DNA of 64,000 nt from Octopus vulgaris (taxonomy: Eukaryota), in the NCBI GenBank assembly GCA_951406725.2, contig OX597828.1, positions 43,772,001-43,836,000 of the forward strand. The letters run 5' to 3'. The translations under genes and the position numbers were made by a program. This document shows, one piece after another, positions 39,956 through 55,621 of this stretch. The notes beneath the pieces were generated by a model. The model made no database searches. It was not told the DNA's origin and saw only the letters and a program-made list of their open reading frames with translations. The stretch's first letter is position 1, and every line of letters begins with the position of its first letter.

Positions 39956-40022
<67 letters not shown>

Positions 40023-40131
40023 CTTATATATATATATTTATTTATATATATATATGTGTGTATCTATGTATTTGTATATATATCCATATAGGTAGCCGGA
40101 ATATGTATCCATATACATACATATATATGTG

Positions 40132-40189
<58 letters not shown>

Positions 40190-40553
40190 ATTTATATATA
40201 TATAAACGTGTCTGTGTGTCTATATACATGTATGTATATCTGTGTGTATGTGTATGTTAGCTTGTGTGTATGAATATGCGTAGGAAAGTTTTTTGTGAGT
40301 GTTTAAGATGTAAATCTGTACATTTATGTGTGTGAGTGTATGTGTGTGTATGTGTGTGTGGGAGGGTGCATTATCGAACTAGCAGCAAACGTGAATATCT
40401 AACATATACATACGTAATGTTTTCTTCTATAGATTTTAGCATGTGGTATGTATTATTATATACACGCATTTGAAAATTCTGACATATGCAGTTACGCGGC
40501 AAACTCAAACTCGAAGAAGAACAACATAAATATGTATATATGTATAAACATAT

Positions 40554-40587
<34 letters not shown>

Positions 40588-40733
40588 ATGTATATATGAA
40601 TATACATATAGAAATACATATACGTATATACATAAATATATATACGTATGTATATATATACATATATATGCATGTATATATATATATGCGTGTTATACAT
40701 ATACATATATGTGTGTGTTTATATATGCATAGA

Positions 40734-40791
<58 letters not shown>

Positions 40792-40907
40792 GGTATGTAG
40801 AAAAATACAACATGGACAAGAAGGCACAACTCTTAGAAGACGATACAATAAACATGGACAGGACATTCTAAACCCTCAGTCTTCAGTCAAGAACCGGATC
40901 ATCGTAG

Positions 40908-40956
<49 letters not shown>

Positions 40957-41323
40957 CATATACACGTACATATATACACATAAATATGTATAAATGTGTA
41001 CAAACACACACGCATATATACATATGCTTATATACACCTACTCATATATGTGCGTGTTTATGTGTGTGAGTGTATGTGTATGTATGCTATGCTACGCTGT
41101 CTCTGAATTCATATATATATATACATACATGCATACATAGAAACACACATTCACACACAAACAGACACATATCGATACACACACACATATATGTATAAAT
41201 ATATATATATATATATATATACAGACAGACAGATAGATAGATAGATAGATAGATAGATAGTTTGGTACATATATATATATATGTGTGTGTGTATAACTAT
41301 CTATCTATCTATCTGTATATATA

Positions 41324-41427
<104 letters not shown>

Positions 41428-41808
41428 TGATGGTATATAGATATTTACCTATATGAATAAATGCACATATACACGTGTGTGTGTGTGTGGGTTATATACA
41501 TGTTAGCGCTTATCTACATATGTATTTGTGTATACGGTGATTGATTAGTTGGTGACATTTCGACGTGTCTTTTGGAGACCAATTCACCAAGAGTAGAACG
41601 TTCCAGTTTATTGATCTACGATATTTCTTGTGAATGGAATAAGATCAAACGGATTTCTGTAAGAAAGAAGAAAGTTTAAAGCTGTGGTTGTGCGCTCCAC
41701 AAAGGTCAACAGTTAAGAATGAACCAATATTTTGCTGGGTATTGCACATCAATGAGAAACGAACTGTATTCTGTTCTAGGACACACACACACACACACAT
41801 ACACACGG

Positions 41809-41870
<62 letters not shown>

Positions 41871-42001
41871 TAATAATAATGATAATAATAAAAATAATAA
41901 TAATAATAATATTATAATATTATAATATTAATAATGATAATAGTAAAAATAATAAAAATAAAATTAAAATAATAATGATAACAATAATAATGATGATGAT
42001 G

Positions 42002-42041
<40 letters not shown>

Positions 42042-42307
42042 TAATAATAATAATAGCAATAATAATAATATATATATATGCAAGTATGCATGTATCCGAG
42101 AGCAGAATATAAGAGAAGAATTATGCACTCTGCATTTTATTCTAAAGTATATAATACCAAAAGGAGATTCGAGAGACAAATTATCTTTAATTCTTGAGTG
42201 GAATATGGATATACACGAATTTGCATAGAGTTCTAAACATCGCATTGTACTCGAAATAGCAACTACTAAACATATATATGTGTGTGTGTGTGTGTATGTA
42301 ATTTATA

Positions 42308-42683
42308 CAGGTTGTGAAGAGTAAATTGTCACCATTATATATTTTTAATTTCGCGCATGCGCATTGTTTGTTTTTGTCGACTACACAATATAGTAGGGTT
42401 AGTTGGACACCTTCTGAGGAAATCAGCACAATGAAACAATTCACACTGCCAGAAATTTAGAAACGACATGCTATACTGCTTGGTATCCGTGCCGGAAGCT
42501 CCAATTCGAACATTTCAAAGTGTTTGAGTGTCAGTTTGAGGACAGTGCAATCTGAGGACATGTGCCGAGTGTGATAAAAATCAAACATCCAGTCAACATC
42601 ATGGTGTTTTAGAGTGATCACCCGTGATGGTGACGTTATGCCTCCATTCATATTCCTACACGGCCTCAGATCCAACACAGAGG
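42308..42683 (+). mobile_element. maT/Tc1-like transposon 5' end with an internally deleted transposase
   Basis: TA|CAGGTTG terminus; ATG at 42431 giving MKQFTLPEI*KRHAILLGIRAGSSNSNISKCLSVSLRTVQ, then KIKHPVNIMVF..ITRDGDVMPPFIFLHGLR. Confidence 0.8.
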
Positions 42684-44169
42684 AGTCGATAAAATAAGTA
42701 GCTCCCTCGAAATTGCAAGCCTTGTGCCAAAACTTGCAAGCAATATTTCACACATCTCCTATTCTTCGTTACTATACACACACACACACACGACCATACA
42801 TTCATTGAAACGCCGATCAGATCTGTATCTACGCAATGGTCTTGCATAACATTTGGGAAAGGAACTCACACATACTTGCATGGTGTGATGTTGATTGTCC
42901 TTTTAAATGTTATTGACTTGAGAATGAAGCGATGCATGAAGAATAACGAAATAATAAGAAATGTTTAGACAGCATTTGTGAGGTAGAGAGGTAGAGAGAA
43001 GAGTTGTGTTGGAGACAGACTATGAAGGAGAAAAAAAGGGTTAGACGTGGTGGGGATAATAACAAATAAGCTAAAGCAAAGAAACAGCTTAATACAACGA
43101 ACTTTTGCTGGTTGAGAAAAATTTGATGCCAATTATACTAGACAGAGTCAGCCACATACTCACAAACTCATATATGAAACACACTCACACATACGAATTT
43201 ACATAGAGAAATTGAGACATTTGAACCACTTACTGTACTAGGGGTATTTATACATCAACGCTCACACACACATACATATATACATAGAAGCTGATTCATA
43301 GATTTAAGTATTTACATAATCAGATATATGGCTTGTCACACGGACAATAGAAATATTAACGCAAACAGCCATACATACACGCGATCTCACAAGCATATAT
43401 ACATCAGCAGTGAAATAAACATATAATCACATCTATGAATACTGACACGAACCAATAAATAGAATCTTTCATTTACATTTAAACTCAAGTTCCTGAACAT
43501 ACACTAGAGACACACGTATGTGCACAAACGTAAGTAACAGTGAAAGAACACCCCACGCACACGTTCACCGATTTTGCCAATGTGGACATATTAGCGTACA
43601 GATCCCTGTTTGACCTAGGTCAACAAGTGGCCGACTCGCCAAATTTGATCCTTTCGCTTAGTCTAACACTAAACTTCGCCCCGTTAGCCATTTTCTGTTC
43701 CAGGAGGCAATGGCGATTTAGACTCGCTTTTCTGCGTTCGTTCAGATTATAACGTAAGAGAAATGAGAAACGGGACGAAATATCTGTTTTATTCGACCGT
43801 GAAATATTCATCGGTGAAAACCAACAGCACTTTACATTGTATCTCTTTTGCTCTTTTCGTCTATTTTTTTTCTCTTCCTCATTTTCTCCGCTATCACAGC
43901 CATACTTCGTTTCCTCCTTAGGCCAAACGTAGCAAAACTAATACATACACAGACGCCATTTTGAATAGAGGCATTTACTAAACCGTCTTCGTTTTATTCT
44001 TCATTATTTTGCTGTTTTCAGCTATTAGAATTGTGGCCATACTGGAGCACCAAATTTATAATACTACTCACCCAATTTTTTGTATGGTGGTGTGCACAAG
44101 TTAAACATTTTACAGTTATGATTATATTACGTTGTTATTACTGTATTGACAATTCAATAAAAGGGACAT

Positions 44170-44860
<691 letters not shown>

Positions 44861-45400
44861 ATACATTTAGTGATGACTATCGAAAAAGAAGAGTACTCAA
44901 TACCATAGTAGAGTATCTTGCGACTAAATTACGCCTGTGGGTGTACAGAGTTTTCAGGTAAGTTATGGCAGGCAAGTTGTGTATTCCGACTCGCCTTAAA
45001 TCTCTGCGCACCCACAGGTGAAGCTCAGGGTATCAACTGAGTGACATCACACACACACACACACATACACACACACACAAACACACGTATGTAACCGACT
45101 TCTATCTATCTTGATGTCTGCATTTTTCACTCTATATACCCAAGCGTGTCGTTTACAAACTAGCTAACCACATCAATCAAAATACTACCATAATACTACT
45201 TGGATTTACCTGGGATTATACTTAAGGGTCTATACCTTCAGAGAAGTACGGACTAACCTCCATACCCAGTGGAAAAAGATGAACTGTGAACTTTATTCTC
45301 CTGTCTTTATTCTTCTATCTACTTTTAAACTTTATTCTTCTATTTTATTCCTTATACTCTGTGAATTTCCCTGTCTAGAACTTTCATACATACTACCTTT

Positions 45401-45476
45401 GTCTCTGATGACAGAATACCCAGGGTAAGGACATGCTAGCCTAACACTTGAGATATCCCAGAAACAGCTGCAAGAC
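45401..45476 (+). ncRNA. Decayed type I hammerhead motif
   Basis: GUCU-CUGAUGA-..-GAAAC-AGCU-GCA-AGAC; stem I perfect, U16.1 changed to C, stem II eroded. Confidence 0.55.
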
Positions 45477-45499
45477 TTCAAATTTACCTTGTTGTTTGT

Positions 45500-45723
45500 T
45501 CCTTTTCGAGCCATGCCGGGCTCGTAAGGGCCGGTTCCCTGGTTTCCTGGTTCCTCACCTGGACCGGGCACCGGTCTGTCCCAAGCGAGCTGCTAAATGC
45601 AGGAGGAAACAGTGGGGAGAAAAGTTGTGGTGAAAGAGTCACCGGTGGTTCGCCATTACCTCCTGCCGGAGCCGCGTGTTTCGGCTCATAAACACACACA
45701 TCGCCCGGTGTGAGATTCGAACC
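45500..45723 (-). mobile_element. 5'-truncated tRNA-headed SINE (family C body, alternative tail)
   Basis: B box GGTTCGAATCTC, CTTTCACCACAACTTT body as at 28341, tail shared with the 59160 copy. Confidence 0.75.
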
Positions 45724-45986
45724 CATCTGACTATCACCTTTACGAAACGCTGAGACATATTTTGCGAGGTCGTCAATTTGCTACGGAAGAAGAAACGCAG
45801 GAAGAGATGTATAAATGTCTGCGCGATGCATCGAAAATCCTCTCCGATGGAATAAGCTAGCTTCTGAACCGTTGGCAAAAAACAAGGAAACTATGCCGAA
45901 AAATGATGTAATTGTTCAGCCCATGTTTTTGTTTAGTAAATTACAGCAACAAGAGTCTGTATAATATTTTAGCTAGCCTTCTGTAT
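45722..45986 (+). pseudogene. Mariner transposase C-terminal remnant and probable 3' end
   Basis: PSDYHLYETLRHILRGRQFATEEETQEEMYKCLRD..SDGIS*LLNRWQK matches mariner APSDYHLF..L.GRRF..DGI..L..RWQK. Confidence 0.8.
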
Positions 45987-46155
45987 ATACATATATATAC
46001 ATACATATATACATATATATATATATACATACATATATGTATATATATCTACGTATATATATATGTATATATATATATATACATATATACACATATATAT
46101 ATAAATATGTATATATATATATATACATATATATAAATATGTATATATATATATA

Positions 46156-46662
<507 letters not shown>

Positions 46663-46739
46663 AAAACAGTAAGATAACAAAAGAAAGAGAGAGACCTTAA
46701 CATAGAGACCTTAAATAGAGGAAATTTATCAATAAAATA

Positions 46740-46900
46740 ATATGTTACAATTATTCAATAGTCAAGATAGAACTCTGAGTTTCAGATGCCGAAGTGGAAA
46801 GCCACAACACCATCTCTTCGGTTAACCGAAGAAATGGTGTTGCGGTTTTCCACTTCGGCATCTGAAACTCAGAGTTTTATCTTGACTATTGAATAATTGT

Positions 46901-46906
<6 letters not shown>
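46740..46906. repeat. Spacer-less ~83-bp-arm palindrome with a hammerhead-like motif in each arm
   Basis: Centre CTTCGGTTAACCGAAG; each arm reads outward CCGAAGA-(A/G)AUG..CAUCU-GAAAC-UCAGA-GUU; the block is flanked by long (TA)n. Confidence 0.8.
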
Positions 46907-46981
<75 letters not shown>

Positions 46982-47050
46982 GATACCGTTAGGTGAAAAG
47001 ATGTTTTCCAGTGCCTTCAAATTTAATATACAATTATTTATAATTGAGGA

Positions 47051-47146
47051 ATCACTCGCTGAAGAGACGAAAATAGTCGGGTAAGGTATAATTATTTATT
47101 ATTTATGCTTTATACTGACTTAATTCCGAAACGTACGTCCGTGGGT
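47051..47146 (+). ncRNA. Type I hammerhead motif with long stem II and partly decayed stem I
   Basis: CG-CUGAAGA-G..AGUCGG-GUAAGGUAUAA/UUAUGCUUUAU-A-CUGACU..C-GAAAC-GUAC-GUC-CG. Confidence 0.65.
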
Positions 47147-47334
47147 AAACTAATATAGAATGATTTTCGTCATTTTTTCCCTTTTGCCTGCATGATTTGT
47201 TTTCAAGTGTTTTGGTTTTTCTGGGAACCCCCTTTAAAGTAAAAGGAATAGCTAAGATTTTTTGACTGCTATTTCTAAACTTCGGTATGTGGTGAAGCAA
47301 ATCGTTGCTGAACCCTAATTATATAGTATGTATG

Positions 47335-47370
<36 letters not shown>

Positions 47371-47829
47371 TATATACATATATATAAATGTATACATACA
47401 TACATACATACATACATACATACAAAAGTAAAAATTAAGAATATATTCATGGAAATTTCTTTGACGTAAACGGAAACGGACAACAGGCCACATGGGTGTG
47501 TCAAGGTGAAGTAACGTTAAGGGGAGAGTATGGAATGCGATCGTGAGATTTTGGTCCTCACCAAAAGTAGAAAATCAAAGCCAAGTGTGGAGGACAGATC
47601 AAAACCAAATAGACGTCCTACACGCTGTAGAGTAACAGAAGAAAAGAACAAGAAGGTGGAGTGGAAACGAAGTGAAAAAGATTCATTGTTGCATTCTGCG
47701 GTGTTGTTTCAAACAGAGAGTGGGGGGGGGGGCAGATAGAGAGACAGAAAGAGTGAAAGAGAGAGAGAGAGAAGGGCGGGAGGAGAGAGAGAAGTGAACG
47801 TAAAAAGAGAAAGGGATGTATATATGTTG

Positions 47830-47901
<72 letters not shown>

Positions 47902-48121
47902 TTTATATATGTGTGTTGTGTATGTATTTTGTATTATTAATTAAACTTGGCATATATCTATTTCTAAGTCTAGGTGTCAGTAGCCGAAAGGGAAGATAAA
48001 TATACATCAATCTGACTGTATACATACCTGTATAAGCCTTTATATTTTAATACATATATACATACACTTATGCATATGCATATACGTGCGCCCACACATC
48101 ACGTAGACTATATATATATAA

Positions 48122-48184
<63 letters not shown>

Positions 48185-48223
48185 GAATATGCATATGTAT
48201 ATACATATATCTACATATGAATA

Positions 48224-48320
<97 letters not shown>

Positions 48321-48371
48321 TATATATATTTATACACAGAAACCCACACGCACACGGAAACACTCACACAG

Positions 48372-48426
<55 letters not shown>

Positions 48427-48747
48427 CATATGTAGACATTCATTTCCTTTCCTTTATTTCAAAATTTAGTGTGGAAAATGAAAAATCGTGTGTCGGAGAA
48501 ACATACATAGAAATGTTAGGACGGCCTATTTGTAGCAAAAGCTAATAAATATTTAATGAAAAATTGATTAGTTCCACTTAGAATGATTAATTACCTCATC
48601 AACGTCAAGGAATATAACGCTTACTATATTAACTCTATCAACGAATCTAAAGTTACAAATGGAGGAAACCTTTCCGGCGTGCGCGAAATCAGTTTCTATG
48701 TTCTGTATCTTTAATCTAAGGGAAGATATCAGGAATATAAATAGTTA

Positions 48748-49360
48748 TTTCTACTCTATGCACAAGGCTCAACATTTTGGGGATGGGGGCCAGTCAATAA
48801 GATCCAACCCCAGTACGCAACTGGTACTTAATTTATCGATCTCGAAATTATGAAAAGGCAAAATCGACCTCGGTGGAATTTGAACTCAGAACGGAAAGAC
48901 AGGCGAAATACCTATTTCTTTACTACCCACAAGGGGCTAAACACAGAGAGGACAAACAAGGACAGACAAACGGATTAAGTTGATTATATCGACCCCAGTG
49001 CGTAACTGGTACTTATTTAATCAACTCCGAAAGGGTGAAAGGCAAACTCGACCTCGGCGGAATTTGAACTCACAACGTAACGGCAGACGAAATACCACTA
49101 AGTATTTCGCCCGGCGTGCTAACGTTTCTTATTTCTTTATTGCCCGCATGGGGCTAAACATAGAGGGGACAAACAAGGACAGACAAAGTGATTAAGTCGA
49201 TTACGTCGACCCCCGTGCATAACTGGTACTTAATTTATCGACCCCGAAAGAATGAAAGGCAAAGTCGACCTCGATGGAATTTGAACTCAGAACAGAATAA
49301 CAGGCGAAACGCCACTAAGCATTTTGTCCGGCGTGCTAACGATTCAGCCATCTCGCCGCT
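48748..49360 (-). mobile_element. SINE family B, three tandem partial units
   Basis: Reverse complement of the 16264-16900 modules. Confidence 0.85.
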
Positions 49361-49662
49361 TTATGACTATAAATAAGGAATAATGAAGGAGATATATTTC
49401 TATAATAGGTAAAGTTGCTATTCGTAATTATTCTCTATCATTCATCTTTACTCATTCAAGTCAATGGATTTCGGCAATACTGACACCCCACATTGAAATA
49501 GATGCTAGAACCAGTCGAGTCCAGTGGTTGTTGTGTTTTTTTTTGTAAGTCTGTCACATATTCCGTCAGTCTCTTTGGCAATACCCTTAATTAACGGGCA
49601 CTTAAGCATGCCAACGCCGGTTGTCAAGCGGTGATGCAGACAAACGAAGACGCACGTACACA

Positions 49663-49704
<42 letters not shown>

Positions 49705-49719
49705 GCTTGTGTGTACGAG

Positions 49720-49782
<63 letters not shown>

Positions 49783-49965
49783 ATACGTGCGTATGAGTGC
49801 GTGCATGCGTGTGTGTAAAAAGCAAGCAGAGTTGGCTCAGAAACCATTGTAACGAATCCCAAAAGATGTGTTAATGGATATCTTTTATATATCTCAACAA
49901 CAAGACATTATAACAATTTTGATGACTGCATAAATGATAATGTATTGTTAACATAGGTTCTCTTT

Positions 49966-50051
49966 CTTTCATGATGAGAAGATTGGATTTTTTTACACCG
50001 TTTATTCCTTTGGAATAAAACCAATGTTGTCTTCGAAACATATGTCGAAAG
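49966..50051 (+). ncRNA. Hammerhead of the 12.6-kb family with a C3A mutation
   Basis: CUUUC-AUGAUGA-GAAGAU..GUCUUC-GAAAC-AUAU-GUC-GAAAG; preceded by an inverted piece of the same element (49891-49940). Confidence 0.7.
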
Positions 50052-50092
50052 TAAAAGAATTTGAATAGCATCTGCGTTCAACTCAATTTATT

Positions 50093-50124
<32 letters not shown>

Positions 50125-50127
<3 letters not shown>

Positions 50128-50315
50128 TGGGGAAGTCACAAAAAAGCACAAAAGACGAAGACAGGTGTTGTAGACAACAAACAGATGTATTAGTTTAACG
50201 CACGGGAAGTGAAAATGTCTTTAACGTTTCGAGCCTACACTCTTCAACAGAAAGGAACAGAGAAAGAAACAAGGACTGAAAATAATGTGTAGTGGCTGGC
50301 GATATATCATGGCGA
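50125..50315 (-). mobile_element. Copy of the variant-hammerhead repeat family (motif at 50218-50255)
   Basis: CUUU-CUGUUGA-A-GAGU(GUAG)GCUC-GAAACGUU-AAAG. Confidence 0.75.
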
Positions 50316-52255
50316 ATATATGTATGTACGTATGTATGTACGTATGTATGTACGTATGTATGTATGTATGTATGTATGTATGTATGTATGTATGTATGTA
50401 TTATGTATGTATTTATGTATGTACGTATGTATGTATGTATGTATGTATGTAGGTAGGTAGGTAGGTAGGTAGGTAAGTAGGTAGGTAGGTAGGTAGGTAG
50501 GAAGGTAGGTAGGTAGGAAGGTAGGTATGTAGGGTGTGTGCGTGTGTGTTTGTGTGTATGTGTGTGTGCGTCCGTCTGTCAAATCATTCACAAGTCAATG
50601 TTCAGCTTAGTACTTTAGTACAAGAAGCTTGCCCAAGTTGTCATGCGCTGTCATTGAACGCGATGCTCCATAGTTGCAAAGTGAGCAACTTAACATCAAT
50701 GCCATGCCTGTACCTATTTCTGATTTTTGATTCTAGGTCCATTCTTTGTCAGAGTTAGTTTTGAATATACTATCCCACATTAATCCAAGAATGATATTGA
50801 GCACACACTTATTGCGTTCCTTGTAAAGAAGTTTACATATGGTTCTTACTCGAACCAATGCGTCGTGATTTGGGTACAGTAAACTGCATCAGCGTAACTT
50901 TCGATTGTGCAGCACCTACACATACTTATTTATGTGCATATATATACATTGGTGCATAGCTGACTATATATGCGTGTGTGGGAACCTGTTTGGCACGTTT
51001 GTAAACCATGAGCAAAACCCGGGAAGGCTCGACATTTGAGAGAGAAGATAAAAAATTCACCATTAGAGTCTTTTTCAAAGTGTCTTCACTGATCAGTTTT
51101 TTTGGCATGATGATTCAGTATGGAAATGCTGTGGGGATGTCGATAATAAAACACGCGATGTTACACGAAATCCGGAAGTAAGACAAAGCCCAACAAAAGA
51201 CAATTGAGGTTATTCTAACACCAAGTAAAGCCAATGGCACCTGGCTTTTAATTATCATGGTCGAAACAAAAGGATGAACAATGGAGATAGTCCAGGCGAT
51301 ATAGAAGTGAATTGTAATATTGTTTTATAACCGTAGAATTATACGTTTCCTAGCATAGAGTTGGGTCATCTGAGAGTCTTTGACAGCTGGAAAGACAGTT
51401 TAGTTTTGAAGATATCTACATCCACTCCATGTAGGTCTTACGGTGCCTTCGGTAGAATATTAAAGAGTTGTGAACTGCCGAATCCTAAGCTACTGCAGCA
51501 TCTGGTCCTGCATTTTCACAACAAGGGTGGGATTTCAGGCACTATGAAATGGCAACCTTTTTTCGTGCTAGTATAAATCTCCACGCTAAAGTTAGAGACA
51601 AGCCCTTCGAGGATCTTCCGAATGTACTTTACAGATAAAAATTTTCCTGCGTCCGTTTCAATGACAAGTATATTAACGTCTTCAATATTTCAGACTAGCT
51701 ATCCTACTCTTAGTTAAGAATTTCACCTCATAATCTTAACATCCTGTGACTGATCCTACAGTTTCAATACTTGGGTATATCTCATTTAGCCTCGGGTCAA
51801 TCCAAGCAATTTCAGTGAAGATGCGTTCATAGAAACTATTCTACATTTTAGGTAATCAATTCAAATATATGAACGGGGAATAATGTGTTCGCATCCTGAT
51901 AGGCAAAGGAGCTGATAACTGTCACAGAATTTGCTGATTACATTCCGAATTACTTTGATTATCGATCTCTTCCCTTCAAATTTAAATATTTGTATTTTGA
52001 TATCTTTTTAAAATACAATTATGGATATCATTTGAAATATATTTCCATTTTAATAACTTTCTGACTTTGTAAGCAATATTGTAGATATTTTTTTATGTAC
52101 GATTGAATATAAAAGGTACGTTGTGTGATGCAGAAACCGTCTATTATTACTACCACCAACACCACAACCAACACTACCACCACCACCATCCTACTCCTCC
52201 TCTTCCTCCTTCCCAGCATCATCATCATCATAATCACATACACCATCAAATTCAC

Positions 52256-52310
<55 letters not shown>

Positions 52311-52318
52311 GTCATTAA

Positions 52319-52358
<40 letters not shown>

Positions 52359-52654
52359 CAATGCTAAACAAACAAAATATAATACAAAGACAAATGTTTT
52401 GGTTTGGTAGGTATATTAAACCGAAAGCGCTGAATCTCGATTCTCGAAGTAAACTAAAATTTAGTTGATGACTATTAAGTTCATACCGTGTATATATTTT
52501 AAAATTTCCAAATAAATGTAAGCAAAAAAAAAGTATATTTTCACAATCATAAATGAAATACAAACACACACAGAATACTCAGTCATTAAATCATTGAAGA
52601 CAATGGCCAGTAATTAATTAATTAATTCTTTTGTTTGATTAAGCACGTTCATAT

Positions 52655-52720
<66 letters not shown>

Positions 52721-52880
52721 TAATGTATATAAGTTTATACTTATATGTTTGCACCTATCACAATACGTGCATGAACTTATTGTTGTGCAATAAGCAATAA
52801 ATTCTTTGTTCGGATATATATATATGTGTGTGTGCGAGTGTATGTGTATTATATACAAATATAAATATATATATACATAC

Positions 52881-52911
<31 letters not shown>

Positions 52912-53017
52912 AATATGTATATATGTATATATGTATATATATATATATATATATCTATATATGTATGTATATACAACAGCTTAGAGACAGGCATTACCAT
53001 TACGAAACAATGAATGG

Positions 53018-53057
<40 letters not shown>

Positions 53058-53426
53058 TGAATGTGTGTGTATGTGAGCGTTAGCAATACAAAGCAATATT
53101 AGAAATCAAAACAAAATTCGACAAAGAAAGAAAAGAATATGATATATAAACAGAGACCAAAAACAATTGAACAAACAGTTGCAGTAAAGGTATTAAGAGA
53201 AAGGATAATGAAGTGACGTACAGAAACAAAACGACAACAACACCGCACGATAAACAATAGACAAATTCGCGACAAATACATCTTACAGCCTCAAATAAGT
53301 TTTAACGCTATTAAAAACGGAAACAGCAACAACAACAACAACATCAGCATTACTACCACCACCAACAGCAGAAACGACAACAGCAACCACATCAACAGCA
53401 ATAACAACAACAACAACAACAACAAT

Positions 53427-53501
<75 letters not shown>

Positions 53502-53795
53502 AACGGTTAATGCGTCAAGAAAAACGCTAGTTATATATGATTTTATATAACATCAAGGGGTGTAAATCCTCGATATGATGAAGTTTGTTTCATTTTGAAA
53601 TAAGTAAACATATATATATATACATATATATATATATACATATATATACATACATATGTATATACACTATACACATGTATATATATATATATGTGTATAT
53701 ATATGTATATTTGTATATATATATATGTATATGTACAGTTATATATATATGTATATATATATATATATATGTATATGTATATTTATATATATATG

Positions 53796-53842
<47 letters not shown>

Positions 53843-54462
53843 ATGTTGTGTGTGTGTATAATATACGTGTCTTTAAATAACTTGAGTATTTGCACAGTAC
53901 TTCACAGTTTTCCTTGTGTTTGGACCACATAACTCATAAACACGGAACATACCTACACAAACAACCCACAGGCAAATATTTACGCGCGTACACACACACT
54001 AACACACACACATATACTCAAAAATGTGTCTCGTTTGCGTTATACATCTACGTACATCTGGGATGTGTTTTGTTTTGTATTTTGTGCAAAAATGAAAGAA
54101 CACAGTTATTTTGTGATGTATGTGTTGACAGCTGTAAAGAAACAGATTTAGACAATGTTTGTGATATTTTCAAAATATACACACATGACACCCGTGTCAG
54201 TTATTCGGGGTCAATTCGGTAATAACAGAAAACATCATTTGATTACTTTCCATTCAATTTCTTAGAATTCTTCAATAATCTCAGTATCTATTGCCACTTC
54301 CATCTTTTCACTATTGAAACCATTGTTTGTTTACATGTAATAAACAATGTTATATATATTTGATGATGTATATAACCATTTACTTGGATACATGTTTTAG
54401 CTTCATTATACATACAAACACGCGTGCGCGCACACACATAGGTAGATAGCTAGCTAGCTATA

Positions 54463-54599
<137 letters not shown>

Positions 54600-54642
54600 A
54601 TGGATACACATAAGTACGTATATAAATAGCTGTGTATATCTC

Positions 54643-54686
<44 letters not shown>

Positions 54687-55009
54687 GTATACCTATGAAA
54701 CTTTTGTTTCGATTTAAACTTTGAAGTATGTTTTGAATAGTGTTGATTTTGATGACAGAGGAGTCGGCAAAATAGAACAGAATATTTTACGGTATGAGTC
54801 CGGCTGTCAGCAACATGAGTTCAAATTCTGCTGACGTCAACATTGTCTATCCTTTTTTTCCTCGACCATGAATAAAGTATCATTCGACTTTTGTAATCGA
54901 TTTTTCAACTTTTCTCCCTGTCTCTTGAACACATTATTCATCCCTATTTAGATTTATAGAGAGAGAGGAACTCCCTGCCATCACCACCATGTTAAAAATT
55001 CCCACGGTA

Positions 55010-55479
55010 CAACATAGATAGAGGAATGTTGAGGTAGTTTGGCCACATGGAGAGGATGGATGAGGAGCGGATGATAAGGAGGGTGATGAAGGTAGAAGTG
55101 GTTGGCAGGAGGTCCAGATGCTTACCACGGTTTGTGTGGTTTGATGGTGTGAGGAAAGCTTTGGTGGTTTGAGGTGTTGGAGTGAGAGAGACAAGAGAGT
55201 TTATAAATGATAGGAGAGCTTAGAGAGTGTTTGTAGATGGATGAGTGAATTTGATGTTGCTCAAAGGGGTAGAGAACCAGTATGATGTGGTGGGGTAAAC
55301 CAGCATATGCTGCTGGGTCCCGCTGCTGATATTGAGGGTTGCGTTCTATACCTTGACCAGAGCATAGAACGGGGCTCCTTCTTTGAGGTGGGTAATGAAT
55401 GCCTGGTGTGTCTATTGTTGGAGCTACCCCCTCCTACAAAATGGGGAATAGACCTAGGTATATAAAAGAATAAAAGAAT
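55010..55479 (+). mobile_element. RTE-clade LINE 3' end, decayed
   Basis: GMLR*FGHMERMDEERMIRRVMKVEVVGRRSRCLPRFVWFDGVRK..DRRA*RVFV matches RTE LRWFGHV.RM..GRR.RGRP...W.D..DR..WR; ends in TAAAAGAATAAAAGAAT. Confidence 0.85.
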
Positions 55480-55621
55480 GATTCACAAGGGTTCTGCTAT
55501 ATGTTTTTCGCTACGCTCTGTTTATAGAAAGATCCTCAGTGACAACGAAGACTTGAAGTGAAGCAATCATGAGTTGCACAGTATTCATTTTAATCGAAAG
55601 GCAAGATTAATGCTTTTAATA

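Noticed and set aside
40790-40910. TA-flanked 120-bp insert with CUGAAGA on the minus strand
   Set aside because: No GAAA block or pairing stems; probably a repeat fragment but unassignable.
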